Notes: generated by a model from the sequence alone, not told the origin. Positions 38,352 to 52,611 are shown, counted from the first letter of the stretch. The stretch is 64,000 nt of DNA from Octopus vulgaris (GCA_951406725.2 OX597819.1:42098001-42162000), one strand, 5' to 3'. Numbers and translations: made by a program.

Positions 38352-38995
38352 TCTATATATATAAAACTCAACTTGTGTGTCTGTGTTTAACTTTCCGGCA
38401 CATCTCCTCCTAGGCAACAAATCGTAGAACCACCAAAAATGGGTCACTTAAAGTTTAGGCGAATGAAAATTGAACTGCGCTATTTCTGTTCCGAAATTCA
38501 TCTCGCAAGTGCAAAAATCGATAATGTGTTTGTTTAGGCCTTATAGATTATAGATTAAAGTTTGAGCATTGAAGGAGGTTACTCTAGAAAAACTATCAAT
38601 GTTAGGGAGTAGCCTCCCTTGGAAGAAATAATGGCTGAGTGATAGAATGATATAAGATAGCGAGGGGAATGAGAGTGGTGTGAGGGGATAGGGGAAAGTA
38701 AGATATAAAAATGTTTAGTGAAAGGGAAACAGGCAACGAGAAACCATGGAGAATATGAGAAATACTGATCTAAAAGAATAATTCAAAAATGCAATTATTT
38801 GATCAACAAAAATTTATGAAACGCTTCTACGTACTTCCTATTGAGGAAATGGAACACATAAGCGCAAAAATAGAGGGCATTAAATGCTTGATTTTAAAAC
38901 CAAAATAACTGAATTTTGATTGAACTTCATCCAAGTTTAGCTTAATTCGCGCTTGCATAGAACGCACGAGCGCACGAGCCGGGCAATACTGCTAG
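38352..38995 (+). mobile_element. Non-autonomous Helitron-like element
   Basis: A|TCTATATATATAAAA...GC-rich subterminal sequence...CTAG|T. Confidence 0.6.
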
Positions 38996-39465
38996 TTATA
39001 TATATATATTATATATTATATATATATATAATATGATATAAATATATGTGGGCAACAGACACGAACACACATACACACACGTACGTACGTACACCTATTG
39101 CATGTTTTGTGCACGCATGCATGTTCATAAACAGAAATGAATGGATAAAATGTTGTTAAATTTGTAGATTAACAATCGCACGATTTTCACTAAAGTATAT
39201 ATACTATGATTATAAAATATACTGTCTTCCAAAAACAAAAAACAAAACATTTTACATTTTATTTTTTATGAACTTACTCTCTCTCTCTCTCTCTCTCTCT
39301 CTCCTGATCGGTCGTGTTATTCTTTGCTCCGCAGTGAAAGATTGTTTTTGTGCTGAAAAGTTTGAAAATTTGCTGTTTTGGTCGTCGAGGCCACTTCTTT
39401 TCTGCTGTTACAGCAGAGTTTTGCTGTTCTTTCCCCCTTGTTTCAAGGGGGAAGCGACGAAAAAC

Positions 39466-40442
39466 ATGAATTTGCAACCCATCTCCTCCGAGTCGGAGGA
39501 AAACGTTGAAAATTTGTTTGAAGGCATGAAGGCGAAAATGTGGGAGGAGGAAGGTAAAAGTAAAGAGACGTCTCACGCGCTCGTTACAAAAGCAGATGAC
39601 AATATGTCTAGCGAAGCTACTACACAACAGGAAAAGTCAAAAATAAATTTTGCGAGTGCAGCAACTCGCCCCTGTGAAAACATCGTTAATAACAAAGAAG
39701 AATTAAAGAAGTACCAAAGTTTATTAAAAAAAGAAGGTGATAATATGAAGTTGTTCCCTCACAGTGAATTAATTTACGCGACGGAGAGAAAAACTGTCAT
39801 ACACAATACATATAATGTGAAAAATAGGAAAATTGACTTCGTGCCGAGGGAAGCAATAGAAAAATGTTTGAGGCCGATATGGCAACAAACTACTTATATA
39901 ACGAGGGGTAGTCGCTTCGGCACGGTAGAGGTGCGTTTCCCTAGCGAAGAAAAAGCTAGGGAACATTCAACAAGAACGTTGAAGTCGAAAGATGTAGTTC
40001 TTCTACCATTTTATTTAGGAATGAGAACATCGAAAATAACGGTCACAGATATTCCTCCCGAAATAGATGTGGACTTTGTCATAGCAGCGATTCTCTTAGG
40101 CAAAGAGGAAGAAATTGCTATTCTTCAGTCTAAGAGATATCGCCACATGAACTGGTATGGACAAGACTTAGAGCTTGTGATCCAAGCAAACCCCTCGGAC
40201 TTGGAAAAATTGCCCAGCTCCCTCACCATTGGAGATAATACCAGCATGATGGTAATAGTCGAGGGGAGAAAGCCTAGGTGTTATAAATGTGGCGAGAAAG
40301 GCCACATAAGGTCGAGCTGTAAGAAGACAGCCAAAGAAAATGCTGCAGAGGCAAGCACGACGCCGAAAACAACAACTACACCGCTAGAAATAGCAGCCAC
40401 GTCGCGCACCCCAATTGCCGAAATTCAGCTGACAACGGGAGA

Positions 40443-40476
<34 letters not shown>

Positions 40477-40911
40477 ATCCAGGAGTGGGTCACCATAGAA
40501 CCTTCAAAAAGAAGGCGGAAACGGAAAAATCCACCCTCTTCGGATACACAGGACTATACTTCGAGACAGACAAGCACACCCACACCCACAAATACAGTCG
40601 CTAACTCACACGTAGCCAAAAAAAACATACACACTGGAAAAAGCACACACAAACACACACACCTACCACAAGCACACACACACCTACAAACACCCACGTT
40701 TCTACAAGCACACATACCCCCACAAACACACGCACACACACCCCTCCACAATCGCCTAACAAAAAAAAAAAGAAACACCCTCACGGCGATAAATAAAAAC
40801 AATAACCCATTAAGAGAAAAAATTAATTTACTGAAATCGGCGAAAAAATATATCGTAACAGATATAAATAGTACTATTTCTGAAAATGTCGAATGTTATA
40901 CAAATAGATAA
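39466..40911 (+). CDS. Tx1 ORF1p (CCHC knuckle), probably prematurely terminated
   Basis: EGRKPRCYKCGEKGHIRSSC; the region homologous to the other ORF1 end lies at ~41087. Confidence 0.8.
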
Positions 40912-41118
40912 CGCTGATTATTTTGAACTAAAAAAATCTTTTTGCGGAGGACGTCGGCCCGTTACAGATGAACTTTTCGAGCCATCTGTACAGGCAATTC
41001 GCAAAAAAACTGACCTCGCAAAACACAACACTCACAGACAGAAAAGAGGAGGGTGAAACTACACCCTCTCTTCCGTTAAAACAGTAAGTTTTAAACTTTC
41101 GACTAATTTTTCACATTC

Positions 41119-44100
41119 TCGTTTAAACTCGGTTGTTTAAATATTCGCGTCCTGGGTTCGTATTGGAAGCAAGGCTACCTCCTTAACGACCTTAGGTCGC
41201 ATCGTTTGGATGTAGTGGTAATTACCGAATCCAGACTGAGTGGGCTGCAGGCCTTTACGCCCCTTCTAAACGGCTACGAGAAATACGTTTCTCCCTGTCG
41301 ACCTGGAGGGGGCGGAGGAGTGGCAGTGCTGGTCAGGAAAACCTGGATTTAGAGATTAGAACTATCTTTATAGATCCGGAAGGCAGGTTGGTCGTTTTGG
41401 ATGTGACGCACAACAGTGGTAAAGTGTTCAGATTGGTCGCTGTCTATGCTCCCTGCGAAGGAAAAGCTGGGCAGAAAGAGTATTTCAAAAGCCTAGAGAA
41501 TTTTCTTGGCACGTCGAACACGTTAGTATTGCTAGGTGACTTCAACATAATTTGCGATGCACGCGTAGATTATGTTGGCTTGAGAAAGAATAGGAGGGGA
41601 TTACCTTACCTCAACGATATGCCAAGTCGTTTCGAATTGGCAGATAGATTCAGACTGGACCACCCAGACACTCCAGCGTGGACCTGGGCAAGAAACGACG
41701 GGTCGTCCAGATCTTACATTGATAGAATCATAACTAGAAGGAAAGATAAGAAAATACTTAGCTGTCCACAACACCATATCGTCAGCTAGAGCGATCACAA
41801 ATTAGTGACCTGTACGCTCGACATAGATAGCATGTGTAGACGAGGTACCGGTTACTGGAAGCTAAACAAGTCACTATTGGACTGTGAAGCCTACAGGAAT
41901 CGGATTAAACAATTAGTAATGAGGGCGTTAACCGGATCCATTATCAACAACAAATGGTGGTACGCCCTGAAAAGAGCCATCAAATTTGAGTCAATTAGGT
42001 TTAGCAAAGAACTAGCTAGTGCTAGAAACAAAGTAGAAAAGGAACTAGTTAAGGCAATAGATGAGGCAATGAGGTCAGGCAGTGCATCGAAAGTGTTAGC
42101 GGCGAGGTTAGCACTCGACCAACATCTCAAAGCTAAACATGAAGGGTGCATTGTCATCGCTAAGATCCGTGCAATGAGACAGGAAGGGATCAACGCAACC
42201 GGATGGGCCCGGGTGGTAGAGGGCCAGCGTGGCAACAACTCAACCATTCAATCCTTGATGGGCCCAAATGGTTGATTAGTAAACGAATCCGAGGAGATGT
42301 GCAAGGTGTTTCATGATCATTTCGCCCAGCTATTCGGGAGGAACGGCGAGCTGGAGCGCGGGGAGAAGCTCGCAGGCTTCCTAGCCGGTTCGCCGCGTCT
42401 ATCGAGGCCGGACGCGGAATCTTGTGAGGCATCGATCACAGCCAAAGAAGTCGAGGATATGTTGGCAGACTGCGGCGGGGACAAATCGCCGGGACTCGAT
42501 GGTCTGCCTTACGAACTCTATAGTAGCATGCCAGACTTGTTTGGGCACCTACTTGCATGCGCATACACCAACTGGCAGCAGAACGACAGAATTCCTAAGT
42601 CTGTGAGTCGAGGGGTGGTAGCGCTGTTAAGAAAGGACCCAAACAAGAGGGATTTAATTGATAATTTTCGGCCCATCACTCTGCTTAACGCAGAGTTGAA
42701 GATTTTGGCCAAGGTATTAGCAAAAAGGTTGTCGCGGGTCGTGGGTGAACTTGTTGGCGAGGTGCAAACTTGCGCCATCCCTGGAAAGACCATCCACGAC
42801 AATCTCCACTTTCTACGCTATGCCTTAGAAAGGGTAAATAGAATTCCTGGCAAGGGTGGGGCTATGGTCCACTTGGACCAATCGAAAGCGTTTGATAGGG
42901 TGGACCATCAGTATCTGGCGGCGGTCCTCGCGGCGGCTGGCTTCGGCCCGACCTTCCGCGGATGGATCATCGATTTATACAGCAACATCGAATCGGTAGT
43001 TCGGGTAAATGGTTTCTTTTCGGAGCCGTTCAGCATTGAACGTTCGGTACGTCAAGAGTGTCCTCTCTCCCCGCTTCTCTACATTTTGGTCCTCGAGCCG
43101 TTGCTGAGGAGGTTGAAAACTATGAGAGGCGCTCCGCAAGATCTAGGGTGCAGAAAGTCAGCTTCGGCGTATGCGGACGACATCACCGTCATCGTTTCCC
43201 GAGTCGAGCACCTACAGTGGGTGGGTGAGGCCTTAAAGGACTACGAAGCGGTGGCAGGAGCGAAAGTCAACCGGGATAAATCGGTCGGCTTGCAACTCGG
43301 CACCTGGAGGGGCAAGTCGATGTCTTCCGACAGCGTCGTAGGACGTTGGACGGAAGGACCGGTGAAAATGCTTGGAATCTGGTTAGGTCCAGATCTCCAG
43401 ATAGAGAAGAACTGGAGCGAGGTGGCGAGAAAGGTGGCTCTCCTAACTCAGACATGGTCTGAGCGGAAGCTGTCCTTGAAAGGGAGGGCGGAGGTTGCAG
43501 AGGTGTTTATCGCCTCTGTAATCACTTACCGCCTGACCGTCGTGCCTTGCCCCGAATCGTGGCTGAACAAACTGGAACGCATGCTCTTTCGCTTTTTGTG
43601 GAGAGGCAGCAGATCTCTTGTAAGGCGCTCTATTTGCTGCCAAAAGCCGCTGAAGGGAGGGTTAGGGATGCCGTGGCTAAAAATGCGCAGACATGCGCTC
43701 AGGCTCAGGCACCTCTGGATTTACCTGAATGGTGAGCAGGTGTGGTCTCCGTTAGTCAAGCTGTTATTGATCAAGTGTAGACCGAGGTTGGGCATGTGGC
43801 ATGCAGAGTGCCATCAGGCACTCGTGCTTCTCTCCCAGTCGGTGGCGAGGGTACTACCTCGTTCTTCTATAGAGGGTTAGTAGAGTTTAAGTGTGACGAC
43901 GTCCTGGGAGAAACCCTGGGCTTCGACGAAAATCAACTGGCCAGCCTGTTCCAAAGAACATTCGGTCCGGGGCCTATGGATAATTACCAAAAGTCCCTGG
44001 CCTGGCAATGTTACAGAGGAGCTTTACCGGTTCGAGATAAGCTCTTTAGACATGGGTGTGCACCTTCGCCAGTTTGTGCAAGATGTGAGAGGGACAGTGA

Positions 44101-44476
44101 AACTGTCCTGCACGCGATTGTGCAATGCCCCAAGGTGACTGAACTCTGGGCTTATGTCGAACACCTGCTGTCGCATTCGAGAAGAGTACAACTGTCGAGC
44201 GAATCTGTAATGAAGATAGTTCTGCCGACCTCCCTGAATAGGGAGGAGCGAGCCTGTTTTCTCTCGGTAGTTGCTATGGCGAAAGAAGTAGTGTGGAAGA
44301 TGAGAGTGAAAGGAATTGCAACAGGCATGTTTATCTCCAGTCCCGAGCTAATCGACTTTTTCGTTTTCCACATGAAACGGAAAATAAGGCTGGAGAAGAA
44401 ATGCCTGTCGCAAAGTGTGTTTCGTAAAAGATGGAAGAATATAGCAAGTATGTTGCGAGTGAAAGAACCTGTTTAA
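41119..44476 (+). pseudogene. Tx1 ORF2 (APE-RT-Cys domain) with stop and frameshifts
   Basis: Fragments 41388-41789, 41805-42275, 42297-43880, 43796-44476; YADD present; no ATG at the position homologous to 3385. Confidence 0.88.
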
Positions 44477-44996
44477 TCGAGAATGTAAAAAAGGAGAAAG
44501 CAAAGTCTTCAATGTGAGTATGTGGTTTGGTGGGTCAACCGCGTCTTCCGTTTCATTTTTTGTTATTCACTCATTCTCATTTAATTGTATATATTTTAAT
44601 TGTTTGTTTATTCATACGTTTCGTCTCATTCGATACCCTGACCCCAATGCTTGTTTTGTCCCCTCTTTTTCTCAACCTTATGGTGAATAAAGAAATACTC
44701 TCTCTTTCCCTCTCTCACTTTGTCTTTCCCGTGAAACTCTCTGCCTCCTTCTTCCACTTTTCTTTATCTTATTTTCTTTTTGTTAGAAGCCATCAAAAAA
44801 GCCAAGGCTGATATTTTTCGTGGCTAAAACCTATGTCGGAAAATAGATATTTACGCTACCCACGGGTACCTCGGGGAAAAAAATAAGTTGACAAAACCCA
44901 GATAGGATGTTGACAAACGTCCTCCTAAAATTTGAGCGACATGCATGCTAATTTGTGGACGTGCATAAATTACAATCACGTACACACACACACAGA

Positions 44997-45116
<120 letters not shown>

Positions 45117-46140
45117 TCCTCCCTTTTATAGATTTATTTATATGTATGTTTGTGCATATATATATATATTTCGTTTTTGGAATGCAGTGTAAATAACGGA
45201 CAAGACTACTGAAAAGGTTGCAAGACGCAACAAAAATTTTAGGAAAATAAAAATAAGAAATAAGTGGAAATTTTACCGGTGAATGTGTTACATTATAAGG
45301 CACAAAAAGAAAATTACTCTCCCCAGACACAACAGTATATATATGTGCTTTATTTAAAAGCAGCAGAAATATGACAAAAGCTGTTACTCAGAGTTTCCCG
45401 TTCCCGTTCGTGAAATGTGAAACTCTGAGTAACAGCTTGTTATATTTCTGCTGCTTTTAAATAAAGCATATTACTCTGCCTCTGATATTTGAGTACTCTT
45501 TTTCCACCTTGTTTCACATTTATGTCCTTACTCCGGTATATATATAATGTGTATATTTTATAAGCCAATCGCATCCAGCCCTGTTAAAAATACTCCTTGT
45601 GCGTTGGGCAATATGATATGCTTGAGAATACCTGTTGAGTCAAATAAAACCAATCAATATCAAAGCTGGGGCTGGTGCCCCCTTGCTGGCTCCTGTGCCA
45701 ATGTCACATCAAAGGTACCATCCGAATGTGGTTGAAGCCAGGTCCGCCTGACTGGCTCCTATGCTAGTGGCACTTAAAAAGCACCATCTGAATGTGTTCG
45801 TCACCAAGCTCCAATGCCCGTGGCACATAAAAAGCACCAACCAATCATGACTGACGCCAATACCCCCAGACCGGTTCCTGTGCCAGTGGCACATAAAAAG
45901 CACCATCCAAATGTGACTGTTGCCAGGCCCACCTAACTGGCCCCTGTGCCGGGGGCACGTAAAAAGCACCCACTACACTCTCGAAGTGGTTGGCATTAGG
46001 AAGGGCATCAAGCTGTAGAAACTCTGCCAGACCAGACTGGAGCCTGGTGCAGCCGCTGGCTCTCCAGACCTCAGTCACACCATCCAACTCATGCCAGCAT
46101 GGAAAACGGATGTTAATCGATGATGATGATGATGATGATG

Positions 46141-46544
46141 ACATAATAACAAGAGGTTGGCTTTATGCCGCACCACGCACCGTAAGAAATAGATGCTAAA
46201 GTCCTTTTTACTACCTTAAAATCTTCGAGAATATCACACTTTGTTGTAGGCAAAAAAGTATGGATAGATACTGGACATGCGATGACAGTGATCACATGCA
46301 TATTTTGAAATACTCGTGAACTTATACGGAATATTATGATGATGAGAAACAGTAAGTAAAATTATTTTTTACTTTAAGTTCAAAACACGTCCATAATTAA
46401 CCAGCCATATTGATTCATGATTTTTCTTTTGCCTACAACAAAGTGTATTATTCTCGGAGATTTTAAGGTAGTAAAAAGATCTTTAGCATCTATTTCTTAC
46501 ATTGCGTGGTGAGGCATAAAGCCGACCCTTTGTTTTAATTATGT
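46141..46544. mobile_element. MITE-like element with ~120-bp inverted arms
   Basis: GTAAGAAATAGATGCTAAAG...TTGTTGTAGGCAAAA is the reverse complement of ~46425-46544. Confidence 0.7.
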
Positions 46545-46568
46545 ATATAATTATAAAATATTTTGTAA

Positions 46569-47037
46569 CTAGTCTATAGCATTGGGCTGAGCTATAACAT
46601 AATTGGTTGATAGCCTGAGGCTGAGCTATAACATTCATGGTCTATAGCCTTGGGCGGAGAAATATAATAACTAGTTTATAGCCATGGGCTGAACTATAAC
46701 ATACTTGGTTGATAGCTTGAGGCTGAGCTATAACATTCATGGTCTATAGCCTTGGGCAGAGAAATATCACACCTAGTCCATAGCCTTGGGCTGAGCTATA
46801 ACATACTTGGTTGATAGCCTGAGGCTGAGCTATAACATACCTGGTCTATAGCCTTTGGCAGAGAAATATCATAACTAGTCCATAGCCCTGGGCTGAGCTA
46901 TAACATACTTGGTTGATAGCCCGCGGCTGAGCCATAACATACTTGGTTGATAGCCTGAGGCTGAGCTATAGCATACTTTTGGCGGACAAATATCATAACT
47001 AGTCTATAACCTTGGGCTGAGCTATAACATACTTGGC
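46569..47037. repeat. Minisatellite: 34-bp monomers in a 102-bp higher-order unit
   Basis: CTAGT-starting unit at 46569, 46671, 46773 and 46875. Confidence 0.9.
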
Positions 47038-47932
47038 ACACCTGTACCTATATATATATATATATCAGTGTGGTGAGGGATATGGCTCCACAAAGTACTA
47101 GAATTGGCATGGAAAAACTGTATGGGGTGGCAGACTACCAGAAAGGATAGGGTTGAAGGGTGGATGAACAAGGGGCCATCATTTGGGAGAGATAGAGGAG
47201 ATGCAAAAGAGAGTGGGGTGAGGTGGAGGCAAGCAGCAGGAATAGTAAAGATTATACAAAAATGAATTTCATGAAATCATTGCAGAAAAGGCCATTTGGT
47301 AATGGAATATTTTGCAGTTATTATTTCTGTTTTGCTCTTCTTCAAAATGGGTTGCTATTAAGATATTTTCACTGGGTGCTAGTTATATGTGTCCGTCCAT
47401 TGTAGCAGTATTGAAAACAACAACACTTGCTGAAGAGCTATGAAATTTTGAATTTTTGTGGCTCGTGTCATGAGATTTACTAATGGCTTTAAAGAGGAAA
47501 ACACAGTAAAAAGAAAAATTAAGTAATGCCACCTCTTCCCAAATGAACCCAGATACACACCAGTTTCATATCCATCTTGAATATGTGACCTCTAGTATGA
47601 CTGGTATTATCAGGGATAACAGGAAAAATACCAGTCTGATGGTTTGTGTTGGCAAAAATAGCAGTTTAAGTTTAAATTTTGTAAAATGTGGCCATCAAAG
47701 ATAGACGTTCCAATCATATTATGTCCTGTACAGCTGTCTAAGCATTTATAAACACAGAGTTATCCAGTGTCTCGTATCCAGTGTCTCGTATATGTTGTCC
47801 AGCTTTTGTTAGATATTTGGTTGACATCTGATTAGCTAATTATTGTAATGTGATGTACCTTGGTTTTTATCTACTTAACCAATGATTGTTTTGTCTAATT
47901 TGTTAATGATTGTCATGTAATATATTTTTCAG

Positions 47933-47991
47933 TATGGTATGTCCAAGCTTATTTAAAGAGAGCATGAAAGGAATTTCGTCAATACAAACAG
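47933..47991 (+). pseudogene. TIMM50: TIMM50-like 59-bp exon with in-frame TGA
   Basis: ttttcag|...|gtaaga; WYVQAYLKRA*KEFRQYKQ; phase-0 end joins the 49258 exon. Confidence 0.7.
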
Positions 47992-49257
47992 GTAAGAACA
48001 GCTGCTTAAGGTTTATTGCAAAATTACACATCACTCAGTTGGCTGCTTTTCTTCCATTGTTAAGACTGATTTTTAACTGTTGATAGCTAGACGCATTCAA
48101 CAAAAAGTAGGTATCATCATAGATTGTCTCAGTTCATTGCTGTGTGGGCAGTGCTAGAATATGCCATATCATCATCATCGTCATTATTGTTTAACATCCG
48201 TTTTCCATGCTGGTATTGGTTGGAAAGCTCCAATCTGATCTGGCAATGTTTCTACAGCTGGATGCCCTTCCTGACACCAACCACTCCGAGAGTGTAGTGG
48301 GTGCTTTTTACATGCCACCAGCATAGGAGCCAGTCAGGCGGGCCTGGCATCGATCATGTTCCGATAGTATTTTTTACATGCCACCTGCACAAGCCAGAGA
48401 GCAGGTACTGGCTTCGGCCATGTTTGGTTGGTGTTTTTTATGTGCCACCAGCATGGGAGCCAGTCAGGCAGACCTAGCATCGACCACGTTCGGATGCCAG
48501 GTCTGCCTGGTATGGGGAGCCATATGTGACTGTTTAACCCTCAGTGTACCAACAAGAACCAACTATTTTAATAGTTACAGTTCCTAATCACCTTGATGGG
48601 TTGGATTGCCATTAGATTTAGACTCTGGTTTTAAATATAGGCTGTTGTTGTTATGTAGGTCCATCTCTGCTCTTATTGAGCTGTTATTTTTAAGACAACA
48701 CAGTAAAATTTGAAGGGGATTTGGCTGCCACTTCTAGCAAGTCAAGCAATTGTGTAAAGGCCCCTTTACTGGGTATGTCATATGGGTGTGTCATATGCTA
48801 GTGTCAGTCATCAAGTGAATAATCTGTTTGACTCTGAGTGATACCATGATGAGAAAGACAACATCTTAGACATTTGTTTAAAATTTAATATTTCTGTTTA
48901 GTTTTACTGCTGATGGTATGTGATTAGAATAGTATTTTCATAGGTGCAGCTATGACTGTGGGGTTTAGAAAGTTGCTTCCCAACCACATGGTTCAGGGTT
49001 CAGTCCCACTGTGTGGTACCTTGGGCAAGTGTCTTCTACTATAGCCTTGGACCGACCAAAGCCTTGTGAGTGGATTTAGTAGATAAAAGCTGAAAGAAGG
49101 CTGTTGTGTGTGTGTTTGTTTAGAAAGTGTGTCTTTAGCCAGCTGGAGGAGGTGTCCTCCTGGGGCTACAAACTACAGTAGCATCCACTCTTAGGGGTTA
49201 GCCATATTTAAATGGCAAATATACGTCACATAAAAAGAATTTATTTTCTTTAATCAG

Positions 49258-49377
49258 ATGCTAAACGATCCTTCTCGAGAAAAATTACTGCCTGATCCAT
49301 TGCAATATCCCTATGCTCAGCCACCTTATACTTTAGTTTTAGAAATGACAGGTGTCCTGGTACACCCTGACTGGACG
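49258..49377 (+). CDS. TIMM50: TIMM50 exon (120 bp)
   Basis: taatcag|[40 protein letters not shown]|gtaagt; Tim50 signature [24 protein letters not shown]. Confidence 0.92.
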
Positions 49378-49619
49378 GTAAGTATTATTTTCATTATTAC
49401 ATGTTGTTCATTGTTGTAACAAAGAAGCTGGTGTTAAAATAGATCAATCTACTTTACTATTTTAAAGTTTGCATCTCATTGAGGGCTTACTGTGCATTTC
49501 AGCCCTTCACGGTTGATAAAATAGATACCAGTTATAGACTTGATGATAAAATAATCAAAAACACCCCTTCCCCTTCTCATATTCAAATTTATTAGAGTAT
49601 AAGACAAGTTGACAGTTTG

Positions 49620-49812
49620 TATTCTGTTGCTAACATTGCACGTTTCTGTTGCAAATGCTGCACAGTGCCTGTTGCTAACACCGAGCAGTGCTTGCTTTTA
49701 ATGCTGAATAGTGCCTGTTGCTAATGCAGGGCAGTGTCTGTTGCTAATGACAAGCAGCTCTTGCTGCTAACGTGGAGCACTGTCTGCTGCTAATGCCAGG
49801 AAGTGCCTGTCG
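49620..49812. repeat. ~23-bp degenerate minisatellite
   Basis: Recurring CAGTGCCTGTTGCTAA-type units. Confidence 0.75.
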
Positions 49813-49989
49813 CTTTGAATAAATTATGTTATTTGACGTTGTCTCACAGTATATCATATTTTTTCGCTTAATCGCAATGTGAAATCATGATACAATAAAT
49901 TACACCCCCCACACACATACACACACATATATATATAATGTGTATGTATGCATGTCTGTCTGTCTGTATTATGTATGTATGTATGTATG

Positions 49990-50020
<31 letters not shown>

Positions 50021-50129
50021 GTATGTATGTATGTATGTATGTATGTATATATATATATATATATATATACATGCGCACAGTATCTGGTGTCACCAGAGTT
50101 TATAATATATAACAAAATGAAACACGTAT

Positions 50130-50640
50130 TTTATGACTTTTTCATGAAAAGATGTGTCTTTATGCAAAATTTCAGCTACGCAGAGGCTAAACTGTGCTCT
50201 GCAATTTGGAATATACCCATATACTCAATGCTATCGACTGAAGCCGATTGTCCATGTAGAGAGATTAACGCACGCTCGCCAAATATGCCTCTCAATGAAG
50301 AAGCTATCTTATACGAAGTTAAGTCAATAAATCTGAAACTTAATATCACAAAAAAATTCTACAATGGCATAAACAAAGGGCAGTTTAGAGAAAGATTTTA
50401 CAATGACGTTTATTCAGTCGGAAGTCTTGAAAATTTGAATGCAAGGAAACCCTCTTATTATAGCTGACCATTGAAAGAAAATGCTTCAGAATGAAAGATT
50501 ATGCAGGACATATATAAATGCTAAAGGATGTGACCTGTACACAGCTGATAAAAAGAAAATAGAACAAAGCAAAGAAAAAAAAAACATACAAACTCTACAA
50601 CTAAAATAATATTAAAATTCTTAGTCCGAGATTTTCAGAA
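50130..50640 (+). mobile_element. Penelope-like GIY-YIG relic
   Basis: CPCR...PLNEEAILYEV...KFYNGINKGQFRERFYND resembles the PLE endonuclease region. Confidence 0.5.
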
Positions 50641-51226
50641 AATATAAAAACGTAGAAAATGTCATTGTATGGAGTTGGACACAACCATCTTGAATTTGCA
50701 ATTGTGTGTGAATACTTGTAAATGGCTGAGTATACGTACGCTCTTAATTCATTTTTTTTTACATCTCTTCAACATGGAAGAATTCAAATTGGAATCATAA
50801 ATATTATATTTGTACACTTTCGAGCCGCAACTAACATATTTCTTCAACCTTTTTCCTTATTTCCTGTATTTTTTCTCTTATTTCTAAGTAAATCTTTAAA
50901 CGTCAACAGTACTATTAATCATAATTACATACATTATTCTTATTTCAAACATATTCTGTCAATTGCTCCAATTAGTTCGATTTTAAGCCATCACATAGAT
51001 AACCAAATGTTAATTATTTTATCAGTTACATCTTTTTGACCAAATTTATTTCAATCATAACTGACTTTTTTCCATGATGCTTTGATTGTTCCAAACGGCA
51101 GTGGATAGAACTTCCTCTTTATACAGAGAAGACGCCATTATTCGTGTCCATCGAATGATGTTTGGTCTGTTGCCGACAGATATCACGAAGCTCTTAATCA
51201 GATAAAATGTATTAACAAGATATATG

Positions 51227-51269
<43 letters not shown>

Positions 51270-51283
51270 CTTTAGTTGTATGT

Positions 51284-51432
51284 ATATAAATTAGAAAAAA
51301 ACCCACCTTTTATCAATTCAATAATGAAAAATTGAATTATACCATTTAGAAAAATTACATATTTTTTAAATGGTATAATTTAATTTTTCCTTATTGAATT
51401 GATAAAAGGTGGGTTTTTTTCTAATTTATATA
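51284..51432. repeat. AT-rich hairpin; related ends at ~14585 and ~15325-15350
   Basis: AAATTAGAAAAAAACCCACCTTTTATCAATTCAA and its reverse complement. Confidence 0.75.
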
Positions 51433-51433
51433 T

Positions 51434-51520
<87 letters not shown>

Positions 51521-51597
51521 TTTGGGAAATTTGATTTAGTATTTCCAAATTGAATTTTTCCCTGTAAGTTTGGAATAATATTCCCTCATATTATATA

Positions 51598-51649
<52 letters not shown>

Positions 51650-51932
51650 TCGTATACGTATGTATATATGCATATGTGTGTGTATGTGCATGTATAATAT
51701 GTATGATGTCTGTCTACACCATTCAGATGTCACAATGTAACCCATTTCCATATGACAGGGGTGGGGGTGGGGATGAAGCGAGAATCGGTTGAACGAAAGT
51801 GAACAATGGAGACAACGTAACCGAAATTGATTTGCTTCACAACTCGACACAACCCCAGAAACTGCTGACAATAACATCAAAACAACCGCTACTACTGCCA
51901 TCACAATACCAACAGAAAAATCTCCTCATCCA

Positions 51933-52006
<74 letters not shown>

Positions 52007-52126
52007 TCACCATTTTAATCTCTCTTACGGCGTCCATCACTGCCGTCACCATTATCATCCTTACTTAACAGTTAGTGTTTGAATGGTGTATATACATACA
52101 TACATACATACATAACATACATGCAT

Positions 52127-52164
<38 letters not shown>

Positions 52165-52279
52165 GTGTATGTATGCATGTGTGTATATATTATTATATAT
52201 GTATCTGTGTGTATATGTAAGAATTATTTTTCTGTGCCATGGAGTGCTTATATTTGCGCATACACTTGCACGCACGCAA

Positions 52280-52324
<45 letters not shown>

Positions 52325-52575
52325 TGTTTATCTCTATGTATATATGTAACCTACAGAGTAAATATAAAAACCGGACTAATTCAGTTATTTCTTCGTAGAG
52401 TGAAAAAAAAAAATGACAAACAGCTTTAATAATCGATTTTCGATTCTGATTGGCTCCTCATCAGATGCACCTCCATCCACGTGACCAATCTCAGAGAAAC
52501 AAACAGAAAATTTGTTTATATGATCAACAGCTACAATAGCTACAGAAAACTGGAGCTACTAATATTTAAATGTGT

Positions 52576-52609
<34 letters not shown>

Positions 52610-52611
<2 letters not shown>

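Larger units (their letters stand above)
39304..44697 (+). mobile_element. Second Tx1-type LINE, near full length, degraded, inserted in (CT)n
   Basis: ORF1/ORF2 homologous to 1734-7009; (CT)n at 39277-39303 and CTCTCTCT after 44697; ends AATAAAGAAATA. Confidence 0.92.

Noticed and set aside
46569-47037. CRISPR-like periodicity
   Set aside because: Contiguous monomers without unique spacers, no cas genes, eukaryotic context.
51760-52070. Thr-rich mucin-like ORF or signal-peptide-like reverse ORF
   Set aside because: Driven by an (ACT)n microsatellite; no splice or homology support seen.
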